A stretch of DNA of 32,000 nt from Allobaculum fili (GTDB lineage: Bacteria; Bacillota_I; Bacilli_A; Erysipelotrichales; Erysipelotrichaceae): positions 1,399 to 33,398 of the forward strand of contig NZ_JAHDSX010000027.1 in assembly GCF_020969955.1 (NCBI RefSeq), in the 5' to 3' direction. Made by a program: the position numbers and the translations under genes. The notes under the pieces were generated by a model. That model was not told the origin of the DNA. It did no database searches and worked only from the letters and a program-made list of their open reading frames with translations. Below are positions 1 to 9,319 of the stretch, piece after piece; the first letter of the stretch is position 1; every line of letters begins with the position of its first letter.

Positions 1-2
1 GC

Positions 3-962
3 TTCATTGCGCTCGACGGCGATGATCCGGACGGATTCAAGGATGTAGATCCGCGCAAAATGACCCGCCGTTCGCTGGCGATGCGAAAGAAAACGCAGCT
101 CTATCGTTCCGGCATTGACGAAGGAAAAATCGCCTGGACTGTTATTCCCTGCGCGACGAAAGCCTGGGCGAAAAAAGTCTATCCCGAATGCGACGAAGAA
201 GAAGCGGTGAATCGTCTGTGGGACGATCTGATGTCCATTTGCCGGATTGAAGACGACGGACGCGAAGCGTGGGAAACCCATACAGCCAGTCTCGAGAGAA
301 AAGCTGCGCGCCTTAACGAAAGAGGCTATAAAAAATTTCACTACACCTCTTCGAACGGGACCGATCTCTGGGTCGATCTGGTCGATGGCTCGATTTTTGT
401 CGGCGGGGATACGAAACTCGCCAGCGGGCTGTCCATCAGCTGCAACATTCCGACTGAAGAAATCTTTTCGACCCCGCTGAAAACCGGCGTCAACGGTACG
501 CTGGAAGCCGTGATGCCGCTCAACTGGAACGGCATGCGCATCGACGGTTTCGGCTTTACGTTTCAGGACGGCAAAGTTATCGATTTCCATGCCAGAGAAG
601 GATACGAGAGTCTGAAAGCCCTGCTGGAAAGCGACCCGAACGGCAAATACTTAGGCGAAATCGCGATTGTCGATAAAACTTCGCCGATCCGTCAGAAAAA
701 CCGGATTTACTACAATACACTGCTCGATGAAAATGCCGCCTGCCATTTTGCCTTTGGTCAGTCGTACATGGAAACATTGCCCGCACTCGAGGGTGCATCT
801 TGTGAAGAACTGGAAGCGCACGGCATGAATCAGTCGGATATTCACGTTGATTTCATGGTCGGAGCCGAAGATCTGCACATTACCGGGGTACGCGCGGATG
901 GAACAGAAGAGGATGTGTTTGTCAACGGCCGCTTTTCGCCGTCGTTTGACCGTATTGCTTAA
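3..962 (+). CDS. Aminopeptidase, peptidase family M29 (AmpS/PepS-like), 5'-truncated by window edge
   Basis: The frame is open from nt 3 (FIALDGDDPDGFKDVDPRK...) into track ORF 60..962. Motifs CNIPTEEIFSTP, YYNTLLDENAACHFAFGQSY and SDIHVDFMVG are typical of M29 aminopeptidases. Stop TAA at 960-962. Confidence 0.85.
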   Translation, partial: FIALDGDDPDGFKDVDPRKMTRRSLAMRKKTQLYRSGIDEGKIAWTVIPCATKAWAKKVYPECDEEEAVNRLWDDLMSICRIEDDGREAWETHTASLERKAARLNERGYKKFHYTSSNGTDLWVDLVDGSIFVGGDTKLASGLSISCNIPTEEIFSTPLKTGVNGTLEAVMPLNWNGMRIDGFGFTFQDGKVIDFHAREGYESLKALLESDPNGKYLGEIAIVDKTSPIRQKNRIYYNTLLDENAACHFAFGQSYMETLPALEGASCEELEAHGMNQSDIHVDFMVGAEDLHITGVRADGTEEDVFVNGRFSPSFDRIA

Positions 963-1019
963 TTATGGTTAGAATGGAACGAAAGGCTCAGGGTTCATCC
1001 TGAGAACAAGGTGATGAGC

Positions 1020-2807
1020 ATGTCCGAAGAACAGAACAAAATCGAAGAAACCGTTTCTGAATCCGCAGCTGCAGAAAACGCAGAACCCTCCACTTTGCAG
1101 GATGAAAACACGACGGCTTCCTCGAATACGGCATCACAGCCGGAAGAATTTGTCATTCATTCCACAATCGTAAAAGAAACCGCTATGGAAGAAGAGCCGG
1201 CCGAATCCGCCAAAGAAACGGAAAAGAACGCGGCGCCGGAAGACGATGGGATTTTTTCCGATCTGCTTCGCGATGCCCCGATTTCTTCTTTGAATATTGA
1301 AGAACCTGAATTTGGAACGTTCGATGTCAACGCGGCTTTAGAAGAAGCGCGTACGATTACGAAAAAGCCAAAGAAAAAAGGCAGCCGCTTAGGCAAGCGT
1401 CTGCGCCAGACGTTTGGGGCCTCCAAACCGGAAGATGAAAGTACCCCGAAGGAAAAACCGGAAGAAAAGCCAGCGGAAGAAGCCAAACCAAAAATCGAAG
1501 AAACACCCGCTGAAACGCCGGTAAAAGAAGAAATTTTACCGATGTTCATGCCGGAATCTTCTTCGCGCAAGGAAAGCACGGCTGCAGCCCGTCAGGCGAG
1601 CACCGAAAGCTTTTATTCGAATCTCGAAAGCATGGAAGATCTGATTTCAAACGATCCCCATAAAGCCAAGCCGGGCGACGGACTGAATCCGGAAGTGGAA
1701 AAAGAGCTTAGCTTTGAAGAACTCGTCAATTCCAATGAGCTGTTTGGCAATGAGAAAAAGCCGACCAGCTTCAGTGAACTGCTCCATTCCGGCTTTGGAC
1801 AGCCGGAAACGGAAATCGCGGAAGAAGACATTCTGGTTCATACCGAAAAGGATAAAAACAGCGAAGCCGAACTCGCAAAAACCGCCGCTGCCGATCCTGC
1901 GGATGCGCCGGTTGTGATCGGCCGTACCCACTCCATGCCTTCCCTGACCGATCAGGTCCGGGAGATGGAAGAGCAGAAAAAGGCGGAAAAAGAGCGAAAA
2001 GCCAAAGAACGTGCTGCCGCAGCCGCCAAACGGGAAGCCGAGCGCAAGCGTAAAGAGGAAGAAGACAACGCTGTTTACGATCCAAAGGCATCGCTAGTCG
2101 ATGACTACCGCTACGACGAATACCTCGATAAGAAGCGCTTCCTGCTTTCCGACTACAAGAAAACCGAAGAATACCTCAACACCCAGTCCCGTCAGGGCTT
2201 CCACTACGTTCACCATGAAGGCAAGAAGTTCTACTTTATCAAAGGCAAACCGCACGATTTCTATTACAAGATTCTCTACTTTGCCAAGGAACCTTCCGAT
2301 GAATACTGGGATTCTCTGGAAGAAGAAGGCTGGAAAGAAATCGATACGTCTCCAAGCCGCAACAAGCGCGACGCGGGCTGGTACGTTGTCCGCAATGAAC
2401 GCAAGGACGGCGACCTGACAAAAGTCATTGAAAACGAAGCCGAGAAATATCGCTATTTCACGAAATTTTCCTCGTCCTGCCGCTCGACTATGTTCCTGCT
2501 CTTTGTGGTTATGGTCTGCTCGGCGGTATCCCTGTTCTTCCAGTGGTGGTTCAAGGGATTCAAGGCCGTCATGATCGCTTCGGCGGTCCTGTTTGTCATC
2601 GCGCTCTGGGTATTCCTGGTGTATGCACGACTTCTCAATAAGTCGCGCAAACAGGCATCCCTGCTGGCCGCAAGACTGCGTCTGGCGGAAAACGATCCAA
2701 AGTATAAAGCCATGCTTCATGCCAAGGATACCGACGAAGAACTCGAAGAAGCCTGGGATGCCATCGACGCCAGAGAAGACGACGAAGACGATGAGGATGA
2801 CAAGTAA
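1020..2807 (+). CDS. Membrane protein: long acidic low-complexity N-terminal region plus DUF2812-like C-terminal module with two TM helices
   Basis: Track ORF 1011..2807 has three in-frame starts (GTG1011, ATG1014, ATG1020). ATG1020 has the best spacing to AAGGTG (1008-1013). The C-terminal part (YDEYLDKKRFLLSDYKKTEEYLN..GFHYVHHEG..YYKILYF) is followed by hydrophobic helices MFLLFVVMVCSAVSLFF and VMIASAVLFVIALWVFLVYA. The family assignment is from memory. A strong terminator follows. Confidence 0.6.
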   Translation: MSEEQNKIEETVSESAAAENAEPSTLQDENTTASSNTASQPEEFVIHSTIVKETAMEEEPAESAKETEKNAAPEDDGIFSDLLRDAPISSLNIEEPEFGTFDVNAALEEARTITKKPKKKGSRLGKRLRQTFGASKPEDESTPKEKPEEKPAEEAKPKIEETPAETPVKEEILPMFMPESSSRKESTAAARQASTESFYSNLESMEDLISNDPHKAKPGDGLNPEVEKELSFEELVNSNELFGNEKKPTSFSELLHSGFGQPETEIAEEDILVHTEKDKNSEAELAKTAAADPADAPVVIGRTHSMPSLTDQVREMEEQKKAEKERKAKERAAAAAKREAERKRKEEEDNAVYDPKASLVDDYRYDEYLDKKRFLLSDYKKTEEYLNTQSRQGFHYVHHEGKKFYFIKGKPHDFYYKILYFAKEPSDEYWDSLEEEGWKEIDTSPSRNKRDAGWYVVRNERKDGDLTKVIENEAEKYRYFTKFSSSCRSTMFLLFVVMVCSAVSLFFQWWFKGFKAVMIASAVLFVIALWVFLVYARLLNKSRKQASLLAARLRLAENDPKYKAMLHAKDTDEELEEAWDAIDAREDDEDDEDDK

Positions 2808-2842
2808 TCCAAATTGGATGTATTAAATTCGACAATTAACAC

Positions 2843-2897
2843 AAAAGACCTCTTTTCTGCTTACGTGTCTGCGCACGTGAGCGAAAGAGGTCTTTTT
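2843..2897. terminator. Bidirectional rho-independent terminator between convergent genes
   Basis: Perfect 13-bp arms aaaagacctcttt (2843-2855) and aaagaggtctttt (2884-2896), with inner pairing gcttacgtg/cacgtgagc. A-run on the left and T-run on the right. Confidence 0.7.
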
Positions 2898-2975
2898 CAG
2901 TACTGGGCAGTCGCAGATCCTTTCTTTATTGCGGATCGCGTTTCGATTCGGACAGAGGAAAGGGAACGCAGCGGG

Positions 2976-3497
2976 CTATTCGCTTTTCAGTTCGGCCGGC
3001 AGCTGCAGAACGCCTTTTTCCTGAAGCTCGGCAACCGTCTGTTCCATGACCTGAGCGGCCAGAGTCACCGTCTTGAGACAGCGCTCTTCTTTGGAATGAT
3101 GAAGCATTTTGCATTTGGCACACTGCGTATCGCCGACATGATTTTTAAAGTTTCGAACGAGGGCTGCCTGACTGGCGCGCAGCGGTTCGCAAAGATGCGC
3201 CTTGTCTTCAACGAGAAGGCAGGAAAGCGCGGCGTTGCAGGCGCACAGCGCGCCGCATACGTTGCCGGTATACAGACCGGAACCAAAGCCGGACATGAGA
3301 ATGGATGCCTGCTTTCTGGGCAGACCAAGCTGGTAAACTTCATCGCAGGCCAGAATCAGCGTTTCGGCACAGTTGGTGTTTTCGCAGAGATAAATGCGGC
3401 GAACGGTTTCTTCAAGGGAGGGTAATGACATATGCAATATGCCGCACGCAGACGCAAATGCGGCTTTTCCTTTCTTTTTCACATCGCGTTTTTTCAT
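2976..3497 (-). CDS. C_GCAxxG_C_C family putative redox-active protein
   Basis: Track ORF 2976..3668, trimmed to ATG 3497 (GAGGA at 3504-3508, 6-nt spacing). Contains NCAETLILA..., SGFGSGL..GNVCGALCA (CGAxxG-type motif) and C-terminal Cys residues (QCAKCK...RC). Confidence 0.7.
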   Translation of the reverse strand: MKKRDVKKKGKAAFASACGILHMSLPSLEETVRRIYLCENTNCAETLILACDEVYQLGLPRKQASILMSGFGSGLYTGNVCGALCACNAALSCLLVEDKAHLCEPLRASQAALVRNFKNHVGDTQCAKCKMLHHSKEERCLKTVTLAAQVMEQTVAELQEKGVLQLPAELKSE

Positions 3498-3720
3498 CGA
3501 CATTCCTCTGAAAAACTCTTCAGGAAAGCCGAGAATGCAAATTTTCTGGTTTGCCAGGCGATGTATTGGAAGTATACCGGATTCAGGTGCTTTTTGATCC
3601 AATCCTGTCCATATGGACGCAAATTCGTCCGGTTTCTTTGCGCCGGATGCTTTAGCCGTTAGAATCACTGAAGTGTTCCTTTCGGATGCAGAGATGAGGA
3701 ACAGAGAAAAGAGAGGAAGT

Positions 3721-4215
3721 ATGAATTCAAAACCGATGAAGGAAGAAATGGACAGTCTTGCGGGGGAACTTCTTGATCAGGAAGTTCTGATGGTCCTGCC
3801 AAAGCGGGTCATCCATCAGGAAAGCCCGCTTCCTGATGACTGGAATGTGGACTGGATCGATCAAAGCGCGATCCTGAAAAACGGAGAAGAAATCATCGCC
3901 GAAGCCCGGCTGACGGACGCCGATGACTTTGGCTTTCTGCGCCCGGCGATCTGCTTTGAAATGAGCGGGGAAAAAGAAGACGTGATGAAGGCGTTCGAAT
4001 CGCTGATCAGCCGGCTTGCACTCGACTATGAGAAAACGCCATCCCGCAATCCGCTTTACATTAAGCTGAGTGCCCAGGATCTGGAACTGATCGCGAAGGC
4101 GAGCCGGATGGGCTTTATTTCCTATTTTGGGGAGTGGAAACAGGCCGATCCGGATGAATCGGAAGCGCTGTGGATCCAGATCACCGAAGATCTGCGCCGC
4201 CGTTTTCCTGGATAA
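3721..4215 (+). CDS. Hypothetical protein (164 aa, acidic), no recognisable domain
   Basis: Track ORF 3613..4215, trimmed to ATG 3721, which is preceded by GAGAGGAAG (3711-3719). A terminator hairpin and T7 run follow at 4244-4280. Confidence 0.55.
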   Translation: MNSKPMKEEMDSLAGELLDQEVLMVLPKRVIHQESPLPDDWNVDWIDQSAILKNGEEIIAEARLTDADDFGFLRPAICFEMSGEKEDVMKAFESLISRLALDYEKTPSRNPLYIKLSAQDLELIAKASRMGFISYFGEWKQADPDESEALWIQITEDLRRRFPG

Positions 4216-4243
4216 TCCCAAATCGACGCAGAAAGAAATGGAC

Positions 4244-4280
4244 GCTGTCTTTGTCTGCCCAGACAAGAGCAGCTTTTTTT
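4244..4280 (+). terminator. Rho-independent terminator of 3721..4215
   Basis: Imperfect stem gctgtctttgtct / agacaagagcagc followed by T7 (4274-4280). Confidence 0.55.
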
Positions 4281-4330
4281 CTGCGCGAACGATTTGAGGA
4301 GAGTCGGTGAAAAGTACCAGACAGAAAGAA

Positions 4331-4358
4331 ACCCGGCACCTTCAGGAAGCTGCCGGGT
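4331..4358 (-). terminator. Probable terminator of marR (minus strand)
   Basis: 8-bp stem acccggca / tgccgggt. On the minus strand it is followed by TTTCTTTCT. Confidence 0.45.
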
Positions 4359-4476
4359 CTGTATTGGTTCTGTAAAGGAAAAACAAACGAGCTAAGCCCG
4401 AAAAGTACAGGCTGCGCACAGATTGAACAAAGAAATGTCCGATACTGGGGCGTCCCCAAGATGGAATGCGGAACAA

Positions 4477-4989
4477 TTATTCGTCCGAATCGGACTTGAT
4501 CGTATCCAGAAGACGTTTCATTTCGCTCTGGAAAGTAAGGGTATAGGCATGAATCGAATCGAGCATGGCTCTGGCCTGCTCTGGATCGAGCGAGGCAAAG
4601 GCATTGGTCTCCGCCTGATGAATGCCTGCCAGTACCGGATGGAATTTTTTCCGGCCCGCTTGAGTCAGTTTGACGCCTTTGGCTTTCTGGGAGCCGGGAA
4701 TCGGTACGAAGTCAATCCATCCTTTTCGGTTCATTTTGGACAGCGCGGAATTCAGAGTCTGGACCGGGATGTGAATGCGTCTGGCGATGTCGGCCTGACA
4801 TAAAGGAGGATCGGCATCGAACACCTCGAGCAGAACCCACAGCTCATTTTCCGTAATCTGAAGCGTTTTGGCAGCCGTAAGGTACGTAGCCCAGTTGTCC
4901 GATTCAAGATCGACAAGTTCGTTATACAGCTCCGGCGCACAGCGTCCGTTTTTCGCTGGGATACTGCTGCGCTTTTTCGTATCATCCAT
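4477..4989 (-). CDS. MarR family transcriptional regulator
   Basis: 170 aa. The winged-helix region reads LTENELWVLLEVF...LCQADIARRIHIPVQTLNSALSKMNRKGWIDFVP...QKAKGVKLTQAGRK. The gene lies immediately downstream of, and co-oriented with, the MATE gene. Confidence 0.85.
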   Translation of the reverse strand: MDDTKKRSSIPAKNGRCAPELYNELVDLESDNWATYLTAAKTLQITENELWVLLEVFDADPPLCQADIARRIHIPVQTLNSALSKMNRKGWIDFVPIPGSQKAKGVKLTQAGRKKFHPVLAGIHQAETNAFASLDPEQARAMLDSIHAYTLTFQSEMKRLLDTIKSDSDE

Positions 4990-5167
4990 GACTCATTTCC
5001 TCGCTTAGGACCAGATTTGGCAGTTACATTCGATGCCGTCTTCCGGATCAGGCAGGAAGCGGAATTTTTCAAACTTCGATTGTCTGGCATCATATCGGTC
5101 TGGTCTTCTTCCAGTTTACCATTGTCGCGGGAGCCCAAAACGAGCGGCGTCTCCAGCCGGATGCGTT

Positions 5168-6570
5168 TTAGATCGCATGGGCGTTGGGCTCCATCGGGCC
5201 GGATTTCTGTTCATGCGAGAAATAGCCGTATTTCTTACGGCAAAGGCAGAGCAGAAGAAATGCGGTAAGCATCGCCATGGCTTCGGCACACGGCATGGAA
5301 AACCAGATGCCGTCGACACCCCAGACGGCTGTGAAAATCAGAATGAAACCGACCTGGAACACCAGCGAGCGTACGACGGAAATGATGGCCGAAACCGGAC
5401 CGTCATTGAGCGCGGTAAAGAAGCCGGATCCAAAAATCGAAAAGCTGGAAAACAGGAACACAGGCGAGAAGATGTTAAACGCCTGAATCGTAAGGGCCAT
5501 CAGTTCGGGATCGTAACCCGCAAAAAGACGGGCAAGCGGGGCAGCCAGCAGTTCGGTGGAAAGAAACATGCCCACAGATCCCACGGCCACAATCCACAGC
5601 GATTTACGGGTAAGGCTGGCGAGCTCCTGCTTATCGCCCCGTCCATACTGACAGGAGACGAGCGGCGCGCAGCCGACGGTATAGCCCATGGAAACGGCCA
5701 TGAAAATCATCGATACGTACATCACGTTCCATACACCGCTACGCCGTCTTCACCGGCAAACCGCATAAGCTGATAGTTGTACAAAATGGAAATCAGAGAA
5801 GACGCGCAATTGGAAAACAGCTCGGAAATTCCATTCAAAGCCGCCTGTCCAAATTCCTTAAGGCGAATGCGGCTGGCCGTAAAGTAAAGAACTTTGTCCT
5901 CTTTCAAACGAAACGGTTTTTTCGCGGGAGAAAGAAAGCAGAGGATTGAAAGCGCAGCGCAGAGCAGCTGTCCAAGGGCAGTGGCGATCGCTGCACCAGG
6001 AGCACCCCAGCCCAGAACGCCCACAAAAAGAACGTCCTGCACAATGTTGAGCATGCCTCCCGCAAACGTGACCGCGAATCCGGCCTGCGGAATTCCGGCG
6101 GTTACGAAGATGCTCTGAAAGTACATCTGAATCATGTAGAGCGGAAGAGAAAGCTGAAGAATGGATCCGTACTGCAAAGCGTAAGGCATCATCTGTTCGC
6201 TGCAGTCCATCCATTCCAGCAATGGCCGCAAAAAGACCAAGCCAAGAACGGACAGGATCATTCCGAGAATCACCGTGGCTGTGAGCAGACTCGTCATCTG
6301 CTTTCTGGCTTTTTGGGGATTCTGTTCGCCGAGCGTCTTGCCGACCAGGACGGAAGAACCGGCGCCCATCATAAAGTCGAAACTGGCGAGAATCATGAGA
6401 ACCGGCATGATGAAATTGACTGCCGCAAAAGCGGTTTTGCCGGCAACGCTGGATAGGAAATAGCCGTCTACGACGCCATAGATCGATGTGAAAACCATGA
6501 CAAGAATCGTGGGAAGCGTGAAGCGCAGCAGCTTTGGAATCGAATAGTGCTGCGCAAGCGTGTTCGTCAT
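5168..6570 (-). pseudogene. MATE family efflux transporter, interrupted by an apparent 1-nt frameshift near 5722-5730
   Basis: Two adjacent ORFs, 5722..6570 (282 aa) and 5168..5725 (185 aa), are both multi-TM MATE-like and overlap by 4 nt. The junction reads ...GEDGVAVYGT* in one frame and VMYVSMIF... in the next. Together they rebuild a ~465-aa MATE protein. Confidence 0.7.
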
Positions 6571-6589
6571 ATAAACCTCCTAAAATTTA

Positions 6590-6601
6590 TCCGAAATCGG
6601 A
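6590..6601. promoter_or_regulatory. Second operator-like inverted repeat TCCGA-AA-TCGGA, between the -10 and the RBS
   Basis: Read directly from the sequence. Same half-site as the 16-bp palindrome. Confidence 0.5.
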
Positions 6602-6609
6602 CAAAATAG

Positions 6610-6638
6610 AATATATCCGATATCGGATAAAATGTTAA
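6610..6638 (-). promoter_or_regulatory. Sigma-70-type promoter of the MATE-marR unit
   Basis: Minus strand: -35 TTAACA (6633-6638), a 17-nt spacer, -10 TATATT (6610-6615). RBS GGAGG and ATG 6570 lie downstream. Confidence 0.5.
6614..6629. promoter_or_regulatory. Perfect 16-bp palindrome TATCCGATATCGGATA (operator candidate) filling the -35/-10 spacer
   Basis: Read directly from the sequence. It shares the half-site TCCGA with the second site at 6590-6601. Confidence 0.6.
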
Positions 6639-6760
6639 GGCAGAGGGATCTTCCAAAATTTCACATAGTCTTTCTGAAGCGCGAAAATCCGCTGCGGCAG
6701 GTGAAGACAGCGTTTCTTTGCTTCTGCGTTTATTCGATCTGCTCAATCAGGCGAAGACGA

Positions 6761-6799
6761 AAAAACGCCGGAAATTGGCAAATTTCCGGCGCGATTTTT
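6761..6799. terminator. Bidirectional terminator downstream of the DAHP synthase gene
   Basis: 11-bp perfect stem cgccggaaatt / aatttccggcg with loop ggca, flanked by A5 and T5. Confidence 0.7.
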
Positions 6800-6832
6800 G
6801 TTTGGCAGGCAGAATGCCTGGAAAACATCGGC

Positions 6833-7873
6833 TTAGTATTCTTTGGTTTTGGCGTAAATATCGAGGATCAGACGCTTTGTATCTTCCCAGCCCAGGCACG
6901 GGTCGGTAATGCTCTGACCGCGCACATAGTTTTCGCAGATGTCCTGACGGCCTTCAATGAGATAGGATTCGATCATGACGCCTTTAACAAGCTTGCGGAT
7001 TTCTGGATGATACTTGCGGTTGTGCATGACGTCCATGACGATGCGGATCTGCTCCTTGTATTTCTTATCGGAGTTGGAATGGTTCGCGTCCACGATGACC
7101 GCCGGGTTGGCGAGACCGGCTTTCTTGTACAGATCGCTGACGATTTTCAGGTCTTCGTAATGGTAGTTCGGGATGGTCTTGCCGTACTTGTCGACGCCGC
7201 CGCGCAAAATGACGTGGGCGAGGGGATTGCCGTCGGTCTGTACGTCATAGCCGCGGTAAATGAAGCGATGAGGATGCTGGGCAGCCGTGACGGAGTTCAT
7301 CATGACGGAAAAGTCGCCGGATGTCGGGTTTTTCATACCGACCGGAATGTCGATGCCGCTGGCGACGAGACGATGCTGCTGGTTTTCGACCGAACGGGCA
7401 CCGACCGCTTCGTAGGACAGAATATCGTCCAGAAAGGAACGGTTTTCCGGGTACAGCATTTCATCCGCTGTGGAAAGGCCGGTTTCTTCAATGACACGCA
7501 GATGCATGCGGCGAATGGCTTTCAGACCTTCAAGCAGGTCGGGCTGTGCGTTTGGATCCGGCTGGTGGAGCATGCCTTTATAGCCGTCTCCAGTCGTTCT
7601 TGGCTTATTGGTGTAGACACGCGGAATGATCATCAGACGGTCTTTAACAATTTCGTTCAGACCGGCGAGCTTGTGGCAGTATTCGAGAACGCTGTCTTCA
7701 TTATCCGCGGAGCAGGGACCGACGATGACGATAAAGCGATCGTCCTTGCCGGTGAAAATGTCCGCAATTTCCTTATCTCTCTGGGCTTTGATGGCTTTGG
7801 CTTTGTCCGACATCGGGATTTCTTCTTTGAGAAGGTCGGGATCGGGCAGCTGATGATTAATATGAATCGACAT
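6833..7873 (-). CDS. 3-deoxy-7-phosphoheptulonate (DAHP) synthase, class I alpha (AroF/G/H type)
   Basis: 346 aa. Contains IVIVGPCS, RVYTNKPRTT.GYKG, GARSVENQ.HR, PVGMKN and VDANHSNS, which are typical of type I DAHP synthases. Confidence 0.9.
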   Translation of the reverse strand: MSIHINHQLPDPDLLKEEIPMSDKAKAIKAQRDKEIADIFTGKDDRFIVIVGPCSADNEDSVLEYCHKLAGLNEIVKDRLMIIPRVYTNKPRTTGDGYKGMLHQPDPNAQPDLLEGLKAIRRMHLRVIEETGLSTADEMLYPENRSFLDDILSYEAVGARSVENQQHRLVASGIDIPVGMKNPTSGDFSVMMNSVTAAQHPHRFIYRGYDVQTDGNPLAHVILRGGVDKYGKTIPNYHYEDLKIVSDLYKKAGLANPAVIVDANHSNSDKKYKEQIRIVMDVMHNRKYHPEIRKLVKGVMIESYLIEGRQDICENYVRGQSITDPCLGWEDTKRLILDIYAKTKEY

Positions 7874-8354
7874 ACGTATTGATTTCCTCTTTCAATTTGT
7901 TACATAAAATTTCATTCGGTTTTCAGTATAGCATTGCACGCTGTAATGAAAAGGAAAGCGTAAAACTCCCAAAGGAGTGCACGAAAAAACGTCAGAAAAT
8001 CGACGAGGAATCCCTGATCCTGTCCGACATCGCCCCCGCATGCAAGATCGAAATGTTACGGACAGAGCTATGTATAGATCCAGCTTTCTGTATAAAACAG
8101 AAGGCGGCAAACGGCGAAGTCAAAGCGAATAATGAAATCCCGCTCTTTCTTACAGGATCACCCGTCAAAAATCGAATCCTTTTCATGCTTTCAGAGAACG
8201 GCCGGACGGGTCAAATGAGATGCCCAGAGCCGGCCGATTCGGACAAAATCGTATCAAAGAAAGGATTTGCATAACTTGGTATGGATTAAGGGGATGTTTA
8301 AAAATGGATTCTTTTTCTGTATCATAGACAAATAGATATGAGGTGAATTTGATT

Positions 8355-9125
8355 ATGAAAACCTACGAAGTTCGACTGGGTTCGAGCGAAGGAGAAAGCA
8401 CAGCTCCTTTTAACGGCAAGTCCTTTCGCAAACTGAGCGACGCATCGGCACAGATGAAGCGAATTGTCGCAATGCTTCAGGACGACAACAGCCTGATTTC
8501 CGACGATCTCGGAATCTGGATTATTCGAAAAAACGCCCGCAAAAATGAGCCGGGAACGCAAACGGAACTGGTTCAGATGCTCTGCGGACTGGATGAAGAT
8601 ACCAACGAATTCTGCTACGAAGGCATTTATCATTTGACAGCCTGCACCGATTTTGAACGCATGATTCTGATCGGCGAAAAGAAAGGCAGCTGGCTGGGCG
8701 ACTACAGCGTGCAGATCGCTTCCCAGGGCGTAAGCGAAGTCTGCTTCTTCTCGGATCTGGAAATGATTCTGGAATCCGTTAAGGATCTCAAAGGTACGCC
8801 GGACCAGATTCGCAACCGCCTGCTGACGATCTACCGTCGTGTCAACGACAAGGAAGCCGAGCCGATTGCGCTGTTCCTCTACACGCTTAAGGACGGCGAG
8901 CTCGTTCTGCAAAGCCGCGTGAACGTCGCCGGTGAAGATCGCGACTTTGAAATGCTCGATCAGTTCATTTTGAGCGAGCAGAATCTGCCGGTTGTAGATG
9001 CCGAAAACGAAACGGCCGAAGAAGCTGCAGAAAAAGCGGAAGAAGCTGCCTTGAAAGAGGAAGCAGAAGAAGCAGCAGAAGAAACCAAAGAAGAAATGAT
9101 CGAAGCGGTTTCGGCTCAAGCGTAA
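8355..9125 (+). CDS. Hypothetical protein with Glu/Ala-rich acidic C-terminal tail
   Basis: Track ORF 8343..9125, trimmed to ATG 8355 (GAGGTG at 8340-8345). A terminator follows. No recognisable domain. Confidence 0.6.
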   Translation: MKTYEVRLGSSEGESTAPFNGKSFRKLSDASAQMKRIVAMLQDDNSLISDDLGIWIIRKNARKNEPGTQTELVQMLCGLDEDTNEFCYEGIYHLTACTDFERMILIGEKKGSWLGDYSVQIASQGVSEVCFFSDLEMILESVKDLKGTPDQIRNRLLTIYRRVNDKEAEPIALFLYTLKDGELVLQSRVNVAGEDRDFEMLDQFILSEQNLPVVDAENETAEEAAEKAEEAALKEEAEEAAEETKEEMIEAVSAQA

Positions 9126-9160
9126 TTCTCTTCCAGTACAAAATCATTATTATTCAGGCA

Positions 9161-9187
9161 AAAAAGTCGGTGAAAGCCGGCTTTTTC
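9161..9187 (+). terminator. Rho-independent terminator
   Basis: Stem aagtcgg / ccggctt (one G-U pair), loop tgaaag, then T5. Confidence 0.6.
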
Positions 9188-9319
9188 TGTTGGAATAAAT
9201 CCGTTGGAAAAGCACGGTATTGAGCTTGCAAACGAAAGTATAGAGAACTATACTGTTAGCAAGCTTAGAGATTAAGTGCTAATTCGCGTATACGCGCGAG
9301 TTCGATTATGGAGGTCTGA

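Noticed and set aside
3613-3720. Upstream extension of hypothetical ORF 3613..4215, and likewise the extension 3498..3668 of the C_GCAxxG gene
   Set aside because: The extensions have no RBS and would make the two divergent genes overlap. Internal ATGs with good SD sequences fit better.
6632-7882. 416-aa ORF antisense to the DAHP synthase gene
   Set aside because: It is a shadow ORF opposite a conserved enzyme gene, with no motif and an implausible composition.
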